Positions 19,713-29,735 of a DNA stretch of 64,000 bases are shown here, in pieces. Origin of the DNA: an uncultured Trueperaceae bacterium (GTDB lineage: Bacteria; Deinococcota; Deinococci; Deinococcales; Trueperaceae); contig CAWCXJ010000008.1 in the NCBI GenBank assembly GCA_963799485.1, forward strand, positions 192,001-256,000, read 5' to 3'. Below the pieces are notes generated by a model that saw nothing but the letters and a program-made list of their open reading frames with translations, was not told the DNA's origin and made no database searches. Each line of letters opens with the position of its first letter. The first letter of the stretch is position 1. The translations under genes and the position numbers were made by a program.

Positions 19713-20282
19713 TCAGGCGCGCCCTAGAATAATCACGCGCTCCATTACGTCGGGCTTTGTGCCGGACGGGCGCATCGGGTCGATACGTTGCAGCTTGTCG
19801 AGAACCTCCAAGCCTTCAGTGACTTGCCCGAACACGGTGTGTTTGCCGTCTAGCCAAGGTGTTTGGGCAAAGGTGATAAAAAACTGTGACCCGTTCGTGC
19901 CGGGGCCAGCGTTGGCCATCGACAACGTCCCTTTTTGTTTGTGTGAGCGCCCGTTGTCGGTTTCGTCACCAAACTCATAGCCCGGCCCGCCGCGTCCTGA
20001 ACCGGTCGGGTCGCCGGTTTGCGCCATAAAGTCTTCCAAGACCCGGTGAAAAACGATGCCGTCGTAGTAACCGTGACGCGCCAAAAAGACGAAGTTGTTG
20101 ACGGTTTCGGGGGCGTCGTCCTGAAACAAATCGACGACGATACGGCCTTTGTTCGTTTCGATCACGGCGCGGTAATCCGTACCTGCTTCTAAAACCTGTT
20201 CGGGTTTGGCGAACTTCGTCTGACGCTCACTGCTTAGCGGTTCGGCTTCTGTGTAACCTTCTTGGTAAGCTTGGGTGTCCAT
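19713..20282 (-). CDS. Cyclophilin-type peptidyl-prolyl isomerase (cytoplasmic)
   Basis: [33 protein letters not shown]. Confidence 0.93.
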   Translation of the reverse strand: MDTQAYQEGYTEAEPLSSERQTKFAKPEQVLEAGTDYRAVIETNKGRIVVDLFQDDAPETVNNFVFLARHGYYDGIVFHRVLEDFMAQTGDPTGSGRGGPGYEFGDETDNGRSHKQKGTLSMANAGPGTNGSQFFITFAQTPWLDGKHTVFGQVTEGLEVLDKLQRIDPMRPSGTKPDVMERVIILGRA

Positions 20283-20292
20283 AAAAAGCTCC

Positions 20293-21162
20293 TTACGGTT
20301 TGGGTTTTTGAATGATGGTGACGGACTCTAAAATATCGGGTTTGGCGTAAAATCCGATCAGCGTGTCGCCGCTCCCGGATTGACCGACGACAGCACTGTA
20401 ACCGGCGACTTCGAAGCGTTCGCCGGGTTCGGGCAGGTTGCCAAGTTTTTGGTCGAGGTACTCCCCGAGCGTCCCCTTTGCACCCTGCGGCAACGTCAGA
20501 CCGCCCCGCCGCACCTTGGCGAGTGCGTCATCCGGTGAAAACACATATTGCGGGTCGGATGAGGCCGGGTCGATACGCTCGAGCCTGTTCAGCACGTCCT
20601 GTCCACTTATCAGGTCGCCGAAAATCGAATAGCCGCCGTCTAACCACGGCGCGGCGGCAAAGGTGATAAAAAACTGCGACCCGTTGGTGTTCGGGCCGGC
20701 GTTCGCCATCGCCAAAACGCCCGGTTCGTCGAACGTCAGGCCGTCGGCGATTTCATCGTCGAAAGCGTAACCGGGGCCGCCCGTTCCCGTCCCTGTCGGG
20801 TCGCCGGTCTGCGCCATAAAACCGTCTAAAACACGGTGAAAGACCACACCGTCGTAAAAACGGTATCGCGCCAAAAAGACGAAGTTGTTGACCGTTTCCG
20901 GGGCCTGGTCTTCAAACAAGTCGAGTACCACCGTGCCCTTGCTCGTCTCGAGCACGGCGGCGTAATCCTTGTTGGGCTCGAGCACCATCTTCGCCTCGGC
21001 GAACTCCCGCTGTGGTGCTTCGGATAGGAAGGGAACGGCGGTGTAACCTTCCGGGATGGTCGGGGTCGTTGGGGTTGCACTCTGAGGTGCACTCTGGGCT
21101 GCATTTTGAGCGAAAGCGCTCGCTAGCAGCAAGAGAAGGAAAGCTGACAGAAGTTTGTGCAT
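20293..21162 (-). CDS. Cyclophilin-type PPIase with signal peptide
   Basis: Signal peptide plus the same cyclophilin motifs and a C-terminal insert. Confidence 0.9.
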   Translation of the reverse strand: MHKLLSAFLLLLLASAFAQNAAQSAPQSATPTTPTIPEGYTAVPFLSEAPQREFAEAKMVLEPNKDYAAVLETSKGTVVLDLFEDQAPETVNNFVFLARYRFYDGVVFHRVLDGFMAQTGDPTGTGTGGPGYAFDDEIADGLTFDEPGVLAMANAGPNTNGSQFFITFAAAPWLDGGYSIFGDLISGQDVLNRLERIDPASSDPQYVFSPDDALAKVRRGGLTLPQGAKGTLGEYLDQKLGNLPEPGERFEVAGYSAVVGQSGSGDTLIGFYAKPDILESVTIIQKPKP

Positions 21163-21328
21163 AGAGCCCTACTATATCCCGGCTTCCAGCGAGCGGTTTG
21201 CAACCGGGAGTCACGACGCAGGGCTTACGCATAGAACTTTGAGGTAAGCGTCATTTTTTGGGTCGCTTTCAGTGATAGGCAGTAGCGGCGTCCGTGCATA
21301 AACCCCAACGAAACGGCTAAACTAGCGT

Positions 21329-22282
21329 GTGTTTTCCGAGATTCGTTACGGCTGCGCCCGCGTCGCTGAAAGTTCAAGATTTGTGAGGTTGGGGGCTGAC
21401 CGCCTCGCCCCTTACGCCGAACTCGCGCTTGTCGGCATTACCACGCCCACCTACGACACCGACCATCACTTTACCGGCGGCTCCGTGACCAAAAACGCTG
21501 AAGCCGTGCTCGCCTTCAACCTCACTTTGGACACCGTAAACTTCGGCTCCGGTTATTTTCCGCACCTGCATAAACGCCCCGGCATGTCGGGCTACTTTAC
21601 CGTCGCGTCGGCGCTTAAAGACTACTTTGACGCACACGGTCCGCTCTCCGCCGACGAATTATGCGCGCTCACACCCGAAAAGACGGCGTCTATCTTTGCC
21701 CAAGACCTCAAAGACCCGGTGCGCGCCGAGCTGCTGCGGCATTTTACCGAAGCGCTTCAGCAGCTTGGCAGTTACCTTGCAGAAAAATTTGGCGGGTCGT
21801 TCGTCCGGCTCGTCGAACGGGCGGAGGGTTCGGCGGAAAGGCTCGCCGAACTGCTCGCGGTGATGCCCTATTTCCAAGATGTTTCGCAGTATGGAGCGCT
21901 GAACGTCCCGCTCTACAAACGTGCGCAGATTGCCGCGTCCGACCTTGCACTGGCATTTAACGGACAGGGATGGGGCGCGTTTAGCGACTTGGGGCAGCTC
22001 ACCATCTTTGCCGACAACCTCGTACCGCATGTGCTGCGCGTAGACGGCCTGCTCAGCTACGATGCGGGGCTCGCCGCACGTATCGATGCGGGAAAGCTTA
22101 TCGCTGCCGGGACACCCGAAGAGGTCGAAATCCGCGCTGTGGCCCTTCACGCCGTTGAGCAGCTTGCCGCGCTGCTACCGGGAGTGAGCGCCAGGGACCT
22201 CGACGTGTATCTCTGGAACCGGGGGCAAGGCGCAGCCTACAAAGCTGTTCCCCGCCACCGCACCCGCACGGTCTTTTATTAA
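21329..22282 (+). CDS. Queuosine-salvage nucleoside/nucleotide hydrolase (DUF2419/Qng1 family)
   Basis: DTVNF, YKRAQI, LTIFADN.VP, EVEIRA, LDVYLW, HRTRTVFY. Confidence 0.85.
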   Translation: MFSEIRYGCARVAESSRFVRLGADRLAPYAELALVGITTPTYDTDHHFTGGSVTKNAEAVLAFNLTLDTVNFGSGYFPHLHKRPGMSGYFTVASALKDYFDAHGPLSADELCALTPEKTASIFAQDLKDPVRAELLRHFTEALQQLGSYLAEKFGGSFVRLVERAEGSAERLAELLAVMPYFQDVSQYGALNVPLYKRAQIAASDLALAFNGQGWGAFSDLGQLTIFADNLVPHVLRVDGLLSYDAGLAARIDAGKLIAAGTPEEVEIRAVALHAVEQLAALLPGVSARDLDVYLWNRGQGAAYKAVPRHRTRTVFY

Positions 22283-22300
22283 CAGCTTTTTACTGACAAG

Positions 22301-23140
22301 ATGACCGTTGCCGAGGGGCTAAAACTGGCTGAAGAACGGTTGCGGGGTGCAGGGCTCGAGACCCCGCAAACTGAAGCCCTCGCGCTCTTCGCGAACCTGT
22401 TACACCTCTCCCGGAGTGAACTCCACCTCAGCCGCGCCCGCGTTTTGACCCCTGCAGAAAGGGAACAACTAGCAGGGTGGCTCGAGCGCCGTAAACAGCG
22501 CGAACCTTTGCAGCACATTACCGGCCTCGCACCCTTTTACGGCCTCGAGCTAAACGTCACGCCGGACACGCTCATTCCACGCCCGGAGACCGAAAGGCTC
22601 GCCCAACTCGGTTTACAAGCCGTAAAGCAGCTTGCTGCGCCCAAAGTTTTGGACGTCGGTACGGGTAGTGGAGCCGTCGCGCTGGCGCTAAAAAACGAAC
22701 GCCCCGACGCTGTGGCGTGGGCGACCGACCTGTCAGCGGCGGCGCTGGACGTAGCAGAGAAAAATGCAAAACGTTTGGGACTGGAGATTCACTTTGCCCT
22801 TTCAGACCTGCTCTCTGCCCCCGCGGTGCAGGTATTTACCCGGAGCGCCGACCTGCTCATCAGCAACCCGCCTTATTTGCCCGCGGGCGACGCGGCGTGG
22901 CTCAGTCCTGAAGTTCAGCGTGACCCGCCGGGCGCGCTCTTTTCGGGCGCGGACGGGTTGAGGCATTTTCGGCAGCTCGCTGCACAAGCGCTCAAGCTGC
23001 TCAGACCGGGTGCGGTTTGCCTTTTGGAACTCGACCCGCGCAACGTGCGGCAGGCGCAGGCAGAGAGTAAAGCCTGGACGGAAACAGCCGTACTCACCGA
23101 CCTCGTAGGCCGGGAACGGTTTTTACGGCTCAGGCGTTAA
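22301..23140 (+). CDS. prmC: Release factor glutamine methyltransferase
   Basis: EPLQHI, LIPRPETE, DVGTGSG, SNPPY. Confidence 0.93.
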   Translation: MTVAEGLKLAEERLRGAGLETPQTEALALFANLLHLSRSELHLSRARVLTPAEREQLAGWLERRKQREPLQHITGLAPFYGLELNVTPDTLIPRPETERLAQLGLQAVKQLAAPKVLDVGTGSGAVALALKNERPDAVAWATDLSAAALDVAEKNAKRLGLEIHFALSDLLSAPAVQVFTRSADLLISNPPYLPAGDAAWLSPEVQRDPPGALFSGADGLRHFRQLAAQALKLLRPGAVCLLELDPRNVRQAQAESKAWTETAVLTDLVGRERFLRLRR

Positions 23141-23622
23141 TTGTCGGTTTGGTATTCGGGGTTGGGTTTGGGGCGCTCGAGAAAGCTCGCGAGAATGAGC
23201 AGCGCCGCGCCGATAACGACGTACGAGTCGGCGACGTTAAACACCGGGAAGTTGAAGTTCGGCAGGTAGAAGTGGATAAAGTCGCGAACGTAGCCGAGCG
23301 CGAAGCGGTCGATCATATTGCCGACTGCGCCCGCTAAAATCAGCGTAAACGCCCACACCTGTGCCCGTGGCAACGTCCGCGAGTTTCTGATTAAATAAAT
23401 AAAAATCCAGAGCGCGACGACAGCCGACAAAATACCCAAAAGCAGCGTGGTGGTCGGGCCGCGCTGCAAGATACCGAAGGCCGCGCCGATGTTGCGGGTA
23501 TAGGTAAAGTTAAAACCCAAACCGAGGGGCACGCTCGGGCCGTTGAGCGGGAAGGTGTTGACCGCCCAGACTTTGGTCAGCTGGTCCAAAACGACGAGCG
23601 CCGCTGCAAAGATCAGATACAT
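23137..23622 (-). CDS. lspA: Lipoprotein signal peptidase II
   Basis: DQLTK, NIGAAFG, GNMIDR, VRDFI, FNVAD. Confidence 0.93.
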   Translation of the reverse strand: MYLIFAAALVVLDQLTKVWAVNTFPLNGPSVPLGLGFNFTYTRNIGAAFGILQRGPTTTLLLGILSAVVALWIFIYLIRNSRTLPRAQVWAFTLILAGAVGNMIDRFALGYVRDFIHFYLPNFNFPVFNVADSYVVIGAALLILASFLERPKPNPEYQTDN

Positions 23623-23800
23623 AGACCAAGTATACACCGCTTACCGAAGACCGTACCGACAGGCGCACGCGAATTTACGCTTTTGTCGCAGGTACCGGGC
23701 GAAACTTGTGTTTTACTGTGTATATTATGTATACCCAATACTTCGGCAAGCGCCCGGCGTTTGTCAGGGCGAGCGCTGGACTGCAAAGGAGGGGTACGCC

Positions 23801-26800
23801 GTGCCCGCGACCCTAAATCAACTGCAAGGCTTTATCAACCATAGTAAACGAAGCCGAACGCTTTCCGAGCGGCTCCTCGGGATACTTTTCGAACGTGCAG
23901 CGCCCGGCTTGCTGGAATGCTTCAAGCTGGACGGGCTCGAGGCGCTCGGCAAAGAAGCGCTGGCATTTCTGAGGGAACCCGGCGAGCTGAAAGTGCGTGT
24001 TTACAACCCGTCGGTAGAGACGCAGGGTTGGACAGTCCCCTACACCGTTTTGGCGCTCACGCTGCCCGACCGTCCCTTTATCGTCGATTCGGTGCGGGCG
24101 GCGGTGCGGCGGCAAGGTCTAGAGACCGCGCACGTCTTGCACCCGGTTCTAAGCGTCGTTCGGGAGGCGTCCGGCGAAGTAACCGAACTTCACAGCGCCG
24201 CCGGAGCCGCTGAAGCTGCCGGGCAACCGGGCGATAAAGTTGCTTTTGAAATGTTTTTCGTCTCCCCGGTCGAAAACAAAACGGCTCGAGACGCGTTAGC
24301 GGCTGAGGTTAGCGACACGCTTGCCGACGTGCTTTTGGCAACCCGCGATTACGGCGCGATGCTGGCGCGGGCGGAAAGCCTGGGGCTCGAGCTGAACGCA
24401 CTCACCGAAGCCGCAAGTGGCGAACGCGCGGATGAACTTGCCGAATACGCCGCCTTCATGCGCTGGCTCGAAGCCGACAACTTTATTTTTCTGGGCTACC
24501 GCGAATACGACATACTGGAACATGAGGGTGTCGAGAGCTTGAGGGTCACGCCCGGTTCGGGTCTTGGCATTCTGACTAAAAAGAACAGCGCGTATGAGAC
24601 GCCGAAGCCGCTCTCGGAGATTCCCGAAGGGCTGCGCGAGCGCGTCCTTGGCGGGCGCGTTCTGACCGTGACGAAAACCAACGCCGAAGCGACGGTACAC
24701 CGCCCGGTGCGGATGGATTATCTGGGGCTTAAAAAGGTGCGAGGCGGCCTCTATGTGGGGGAAAACCGTTTTGTCGGGCTCTTTACCTCGAAGGCGCTCG
24801 CGGCACCTGTCGAAGAGATTCCTATTTTACGGCGCAAACTGCGGCTCATCTTAGAACTCGATGGGGCCGAACCGGGGTCGCACGACTTTAAGCAGCTCGT
24901 CGCAGTATTCAACTCGCTGCCCCGCGACGAACTCTTCTGGAGCGACGCGCCGAGGCTTTTAAGCGATATTCGCACCGTCGTTACTGCCGCGCAGAGCGGC
25001 GGGGTACGCGTTACGGTGCGACCCGACCCGCTGGCGCGGGGGCTCGCGGTGATGGTCATCATGCCACGCGACCGTTTTAATTCGGGTGTGCGGCGGCGGG
25101 TACAGGCGTATCTGGCAGAGAAGCTCGGCGCGACCCACACCGATTATCAGCTGGTCATGGGTGAAGGCGACGAGGGGGTGCGGTTTCACTTTTTTTTCTC
25201 GACGCAGACCGACTACCGGGTGCTCGAGGTTGGCGCGCTCGAGCAGGGCGTCGCTGCCCTCACCCGCAGCTGGGGCGACCACCTCGGCGACCTTTTGACC
25301 CGGCAGCTGGGCCGCGCAGCAGGCGGACGGCTCTCAGCCCGTTACGCAGATGCGTTTGACGAACGCTACCGCGCCGACACGACGCCCGAAACCGCGCTGC
25401 GCGACGTGGAAAATCTGGAGCAACTCAGGCAGGCGGCGCAAGCGACGCCGGACACGCCCCCGTATCTCGTCACCTTGCTCAACCCGCACGAGTCGGCGCA
25501 CGCCTCGCAGCAGGGGCTGGGTGATGAGGCGAGCCACCTCGAGATTTATCACTTAGGCCGCACGCTCGTTTTGAGCGACGCCTTGCCGCTGCTTGAAAAC
25601 CTGGGGCTCAGGGTGCTCGAGCAGGTCGCCTACACCTTCGAACTGACCGATTCAGCCCGGACAATCTACGGCCTGGACATCTTCCGCGTCCAAAACCGTG
25701 ACGGCGAACCGCTCCGGGTCGAACACGACGGCGAACGCCTCCGCGCCGCGCTGACCGCGCTTTTGCAGGGTGACGCCGAAAACGACCGGATGAACCGCCT
25801 AGTTCTCTTTGCGGGGCTCACCGTGCGGCAAGTTGCGCTGCTCAGGGCGCTGCAGATGTACGCCGCGCAGCTGAGTATCAGCGTCAGCCGCAGCTTTATC
25901 GTCGATACACTGCTGAAGCATCCGGAGTTGACCGCGCAGCTCGTGAGGATATTTGAACTTAAGTTTGCGCCGGCTGTCCCAAACCGCGAAAGCAAACTTG
26001 CGGCGGCGCAGGCTACGTTCGAAGAAGCACTTCAGGGGGTTTCGTCGCTTGCCGAAGACGAAACGCTCCGCGCGCTAGGTAGTCTTATCGACGCCACCGT
26101 GCGGACGAACTACTTTTTGGACAAGCCTTACATTTCGTTCAAGCTCGAGTCCGCAAAGGTGCCGCACATGCCCGAACCACGCCCGCTTTTTGAAATCGCC
26201 GTGTCTGCGCCGCACGTCGTCGGGACGCACCTGCGCGGGGGCCGGGTCGCGCGCGGCGGGCTGCGCTGGAGCGACCGCCCCGACGACTTTCGCACCGAAG
26301 TCCTGGGCCTCATGAAAACCCAGATGACCAAAAACGCCGTTATCGTCCCCGTAGGTTCCAAAGGCGGCTTTGTCCTAAAAGGTGCGCCGGCCGAGCGAGA
26401 CGCGCTGCAGGCGTTTGTCCGTGAGCAGTACCAGACCTACTTGCGCGGGCTGTTGGACCTGACCGGCAATATGGTAAACGGGGAGCCGGTCGTACCGGAA
26501 GGTCTCGTGGTGTACGACGACCCCGACCCCTATCTGGTCGTCGCTGCCGACAAGGGCACGGCGACGTTTTCCGACCTTGCGAACGAGACCGCCGCCGAAT
26601 ACGATTTCTGGTTGGGCGACGCGTTCGCTTCGGGCGGCTCGCATGGCTACGACCACAAGGCCGAGGGGATTACCGCGCGTGGCGCGTGGGAGAGCGTCAA
26701 GCGGCATTTTCTCGAGCTCGGCGTCAACGTCACGCGCGACGCCGTCACCGTTTTCGGGATCGGCGACATGTCCGGCGACGTGTTCGGCAACGGCCTCCTT

Positions 26801-28600
26801 TATACCGACACGCTCAAATTACAAGCCGCGTTTAACCACCTGCACATCTTTCTAGACCCCGACCCCGACCCGGCAGCGAGTTTTACCGAACGCCAACGAC
26901 TTTTCAAGCTGCCGCGTTCGACGTGGGAAGATTACGACTCAGCGCTTATAAGTGAAGGCGGCGGGGTTTACTCACGTTTTGCCAAACGCATTCCGCTTTC
27001 CCCGCAAGCGCAGGCGATGTTGGGCGTAGACGACGCAGCGCTCTCAGGCCAAGACCTTATCCGGGCCATTCTGAAGATGCCTGCCGATCTCTTCTGGAAC
27101 GGCGGCGTCGGTACCTACGTCAAGGCGAGCAGCGAGACGCACGCGCAGGTCGGCGACAGCAGCAACAACGCCGTGCGCGTCGACGCGTCCGAACTGCGCG
27201 TCCAGGTCGTCGGGGAGGGCGGCAATCTGGGGTTTACGCAGCTTGCCAGGGTCGAGTACGCCTGCGCCGGAGGGCGCATCAATACCGACGCGGTAGACAA
27301 CTCGGCAGGCGTCGATATGTCCGACCACGAGGTCAACCTCAAGCTTGCCCTGCAGCCCCTTTTAGCGGACGGCACGCTGAGTTTTGCGGCGCGCAACGAC
27401 CTTTTGCGTGAGATGACCCGCGAGATCAACGACCTTGTCTTGCAGGACAACGCGCGGCAAGCCCTGACGCTTTCACTCGCGCGGCGGCGCTCGGAACGCG
27501 ACCCGACGCTCTTTGCGTCGCTGCAAGAATATTTGACGGAACGCGGCGGCTTGCGGCCCAGCGTCGAGTTTTTGCCGAGCGCAAAGACCGTACAGGAACG
27601 CGCCTATACTCGCCCCGAACTAGCCGTTTTGATGGCGTACACCAAAATGGGGCTTTACCGGCGACTTTTAGAAACCGATCTACCCGACGACCCGCACTTT
27701 CAGGAGTATCTTTTCAGCTACTTTCCCAGCATCTTGCAAGAACGCTACCCGGCGGCGATTCGTACACACCCTCTAAAACGCGAAATTATTGCTACGCAGT
27801 TTACCAACGCAGTCGTCGATCTGCTCGGTGTAAGCTTTGTCCACCGGGTGTTGCAAGAGACGGCCTCGAGCCCCGTCGAGGTCGTCCGGGCTGGATTGTT
27901 GGCACTCACGCTGCTCGGGGTACCCAAACTCTTGACGCGAATTTTGGAAAGTGGGGCGGAAACCGAAACGCAGTACGCCGAACTCGACACCCTCGCCCGC
28001 GCCGCTGAAGCCGTCGTCATCTGGCTCGTGCTGAGTGGCGTCCGGGTCGAACCGCTAGCGGCGTTTACCGAAGCTTACAAAAACCCACTGTGGCAACTGC
28101 GCCGCGAGCTGGAGACGGTTTTGGGTGGCAACGAGTTGGAAAACTTCCAAGCTAAAAAACGTGAGCTGGCAGAGGCTTTCGGGGCAGAGTTGACCGGAGA
28201 ACTCGTGACGCTCCCCTATTTGCCGAGCATGATGGGTGTCATCCGCGTAACGCAAGAATCAGGCGCACCTTTAGAGCGCGCAGCCCAGCACTTTTACAGT
28301 CTTGGCGAACGGCTTTCACTCGGGAGTTTGCGTGATGGGCTACTCGCGCTGCCGACGGCGAACAAATGGGAGAAAATCGCGCTCAGCACGCTCATAATGG
28401 ACTTGCGCCGGATGCAAGTCGGCTTGAGCGTCCAATATCTAGCGAGCGGCGCAGAAGCTGTCGAGGCGTTCCTGGCAAAAAATCCGCAGAGTCTCAAACG
28501 TTACGATGCGACCCTCGCCGAGGTGGCGCGGGGGGGGGACGTGGGGCTGGCGAGCGGCGGCGTATTGAGGGGACTGTTGCAGGCGCTGCTCGAGGCTTGA
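23801..28600 (+). CDS. gdhB: Large NAD-specific glutamate dehydrogenase
   Basis: ARGGLRWSDR, KNAVIVPVGSKGG, VAADKGTA, GDMSGDVFGNG; SD AAGGAGG before GTG 23801. Confidence 0.93.
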   Translation: MPATLNQLQGFINHSKRSRTLSERLLGILFERAAPGLLECFKLDGLEALGKEALAFLREPGELKVRVYNPSVETQGWTVPYTVLALTLPDRPFIVDSVRAAVRRQGLETAHVLHPVLSVVREASGEVTELHSAAGAAEAAGQPGDKVAFEMFFVSPVENKTARDALAAEVSDTLADVLLATRDYGAMLARAESLGLELNALTEAASGERADELAEYAAFMRWLEADNFIFLGYREYDILEHEGVESLRVTPGSGLGILTKKNSAYETPKPLSEIPEGLRERVLGGRVLTVTKTNAEATVHRPVRMDYLGLKKVRGGLYVGENRFVGLFTSKALAAPVEEIPILRRKLRLILELDGAEPGSHDFKQLVAVFNSLPRDELFWSDAPRLLSDIRTVVTAAQSGGVRVTVRPDPLARGLAVMVIMPRDRFNSGVRRRVQAYLAEKLGATHTDYQLVMGEGDEGVRFHFFFSTQTDYRVLEVGALEQGVAALTRSWGDHLGDLLTRQLGRAAGGRLSARYADAFDERYRADTTPETALRDVENLEQLRQAAQATPDTPPYLVTLLNPHESAHASQQGLGDEASHLEIYHLGRTLVLSDALPLLENLGLRVLEQVAYTFELTDSARTIYGLDIFRVQNRDGEPLRVEHDGERLRAALTALLQGDAENDRMNRLVLFAGLTVRQVALLRALQMYAAQLSISVSRSFIVDTLLKHPELTAQLVRIFELKFAPAVPNRESKLAAAQATFEEALQGVSSLAEDETLRALGSLIDATVRTNYFLDKPYISFKLESAKVPHMPEPRPLFEIAVSAPHVVGTHLRGGRVARGGLRWSDRPDDFRTEVLGLMKTQMTKNAVIVPVGSKGGFVLKGAPAERDALQAFVREQYQTYLRGLLDLTGNMVNGEPVVPEGLVVYDDPDPYLVVAADKGTATFSDLANETAAEYDFWLGDAFASGGSHGYDHKAEGITARGAWESVKRHFLELGVNVTRDAVTVFGIGDMSGDVFGNGLLYTDTLKLQAAFNHLHIFLDPDPDPAASFTERQRLFKLPRSTWEDYDSALISEGGGVYSRFAKRIPLSPQAQAMLGVDDAALSGQDLIRAILKMPADLFWNGGVGTYVKASSETHAQVGDSSNNAVRVDASELRVQVVGEGGNLGFTQLARVEYACAGGRINTDAVDNSAGVDMSDHEVNLKLALQPLLADGTLSFAARNDLLREMTREINDLVLQDNARQALTLSLARRRSERDPTLFASLQEYLTERGGLRPSVEFLPSAKTVQERAYTRPELAVLMAYTKMGLYRRLLETDLPDDPHFQEYLFSYFPSILQERYPAAIRTHPLKREIIATQFTNAVVDLLGVSFVHRVLQETASSPVEVVRAGLLALTLLGVPKLLTRILESGAETETQYAELDTLARAAEAVVIWLVLSGVRVEPLAAFTEAYKNPLWQLRRELETVLGGNELENFQAKKRELAEAFGAELTGELVTLPYLPSMMGVIRVTQESGAPLERAAQHFYSLGERLSLGSLRDGLLALPTANKWEKIALSTLIMDLRRMQVGLSVQYLASGAEAVEAFLAKNPQSLKRYDATLAEVARGGDVGLASGGVLRGLLQALLEA

Positions 28601-28847
28601 ATACCAAAAAGAGACACCCGAAGCGTTCAAAAGCGCGAGCCGAAAACCTCCTCTGTGGGAACTGGCTCGAGCGGCAGATGTTCGGGCGGGCGAACTTCGA
28701 TATGCGGCAGTGTTTTTACACGGTCAAACGCCCACGGTCGAACTCGCAAACTGGTTCAACAGCCACTTTGTGTGGAGTATCTGTCAAGTCGATTTCGAGA
28801 GACGTCTGTGAGGCGCTCCAAACGCTTACGCTGGGGCTGGAGTCACC

Positions 28848-29732
28848 TTAGCTTGGCGGTTTTAACAACGCTCCAATCCGGCTCTGCAAGACGCCGCGGC
28901 TAAGCTCACCGACCTGACTGCTCTGAATAATTCCGCTTCGGTCGATAAACACGGTGGTGGGCAGCCCTACACCCCCGATTTTGGTATAGACGTCACGCGT
29001 CCGGTCGGGTGCGTTTTGCGCCGGGTCATCGAGCCAGATAGGATACTGAACACCGACGCTTTCGATAAAAGCCCGAACGGTCTCCGGAGACTCCTCGAGG
29101 TCGATACCCACGATCGTGACGCCCTGTGGCCCATACTCTTTTTGAACCGCGTCCAAAAGCGGCATCTCGCGGCGACAGGGCGGACACCACGTCGCCCAGA
29201 AGTTCAGCACGACCACCTGACCCTGGAGGCTCGCCAAACGCGCCGGTTTACCTGCTAAGTCGCTTAAGGTAAAGTCCGGCATGGGGTCGCCGGTGCGAAC
29301 GAGGTCTGTACCCAAATCCAACCTCGTCGAGGCGTAGATGAGGCCGAACAGGAGCGCAGCGACGCCGAAGCCCCCGACCAGTGCCTGAAGGTAACGTCCC
29401 CAGCTTTGCGGCTGCCGACGCCACAGTCGCCAGGCGATAAAAGCAGCGCCCACCACTGCTCCGGCTAACGGCATAAAACCGCCCTGCCACACATAAAGAA
29501 TTGTCCATGGGGTACGCCAGTAAGCGCTCCAGTTGGCGATTACAAATCCCAACCTGGCTCCGAGCAGTCCCAGCCAGACTGCGTTTTCAGCTACGCCTAC
29601 GGCCCACGCACGTTCAAGCGACATTCTGCCGGCAAAGCGACCGGCGAACCAGGGCGCGAGCACTAAGGCGAGCAGTACGCCGAAGCGTAAAACCGGGATG
29701 AGCAGTCCGCCTACCGAAAGAACTTCAGGCAC
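28848..29732 (-). CDS. Lgt-like N-terminal membrane domain fused to a TlpA/ResA thioredoxin
   Basis: LLGARLGFV and WQGG (Lgt-like); NFWATWCPPCRREMP. Confidence 0.85.
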   Translation of the reverse strand: MPEVLSVGGLLIPVLRFGVLLALVLAPWFAGRFAGRMSLERAWAVGVAENAVWLGLLGARLGFVIANWSAYWRTPWTILYVWQGGFMPLAGAVVGAAFIAWRLWRRQPQSWGRYLQALVGGFGVAALLFGLIYASTRLDLGTDLVRTGDPMPDFTLSDLAGKPARLASLQGQVVVLNFWATWCPPCRREMPLLDAVQKEYGPQGVTIVGIDLEESPETVRAFIESVGVQYPIWLDDPAQNAPDRTRDVYTKIGGVGLPTTVFIDRSGIIQSSQVGELSRGVLQSRIGALLKPPS

Positions 29733-29735
29733 CGA

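Noticed and set aside
23543..23800. N-terminal extension of gdhB in the ORF track
   Set aside because: Overlaps lspA; a strong SD precedes GTG 23801.
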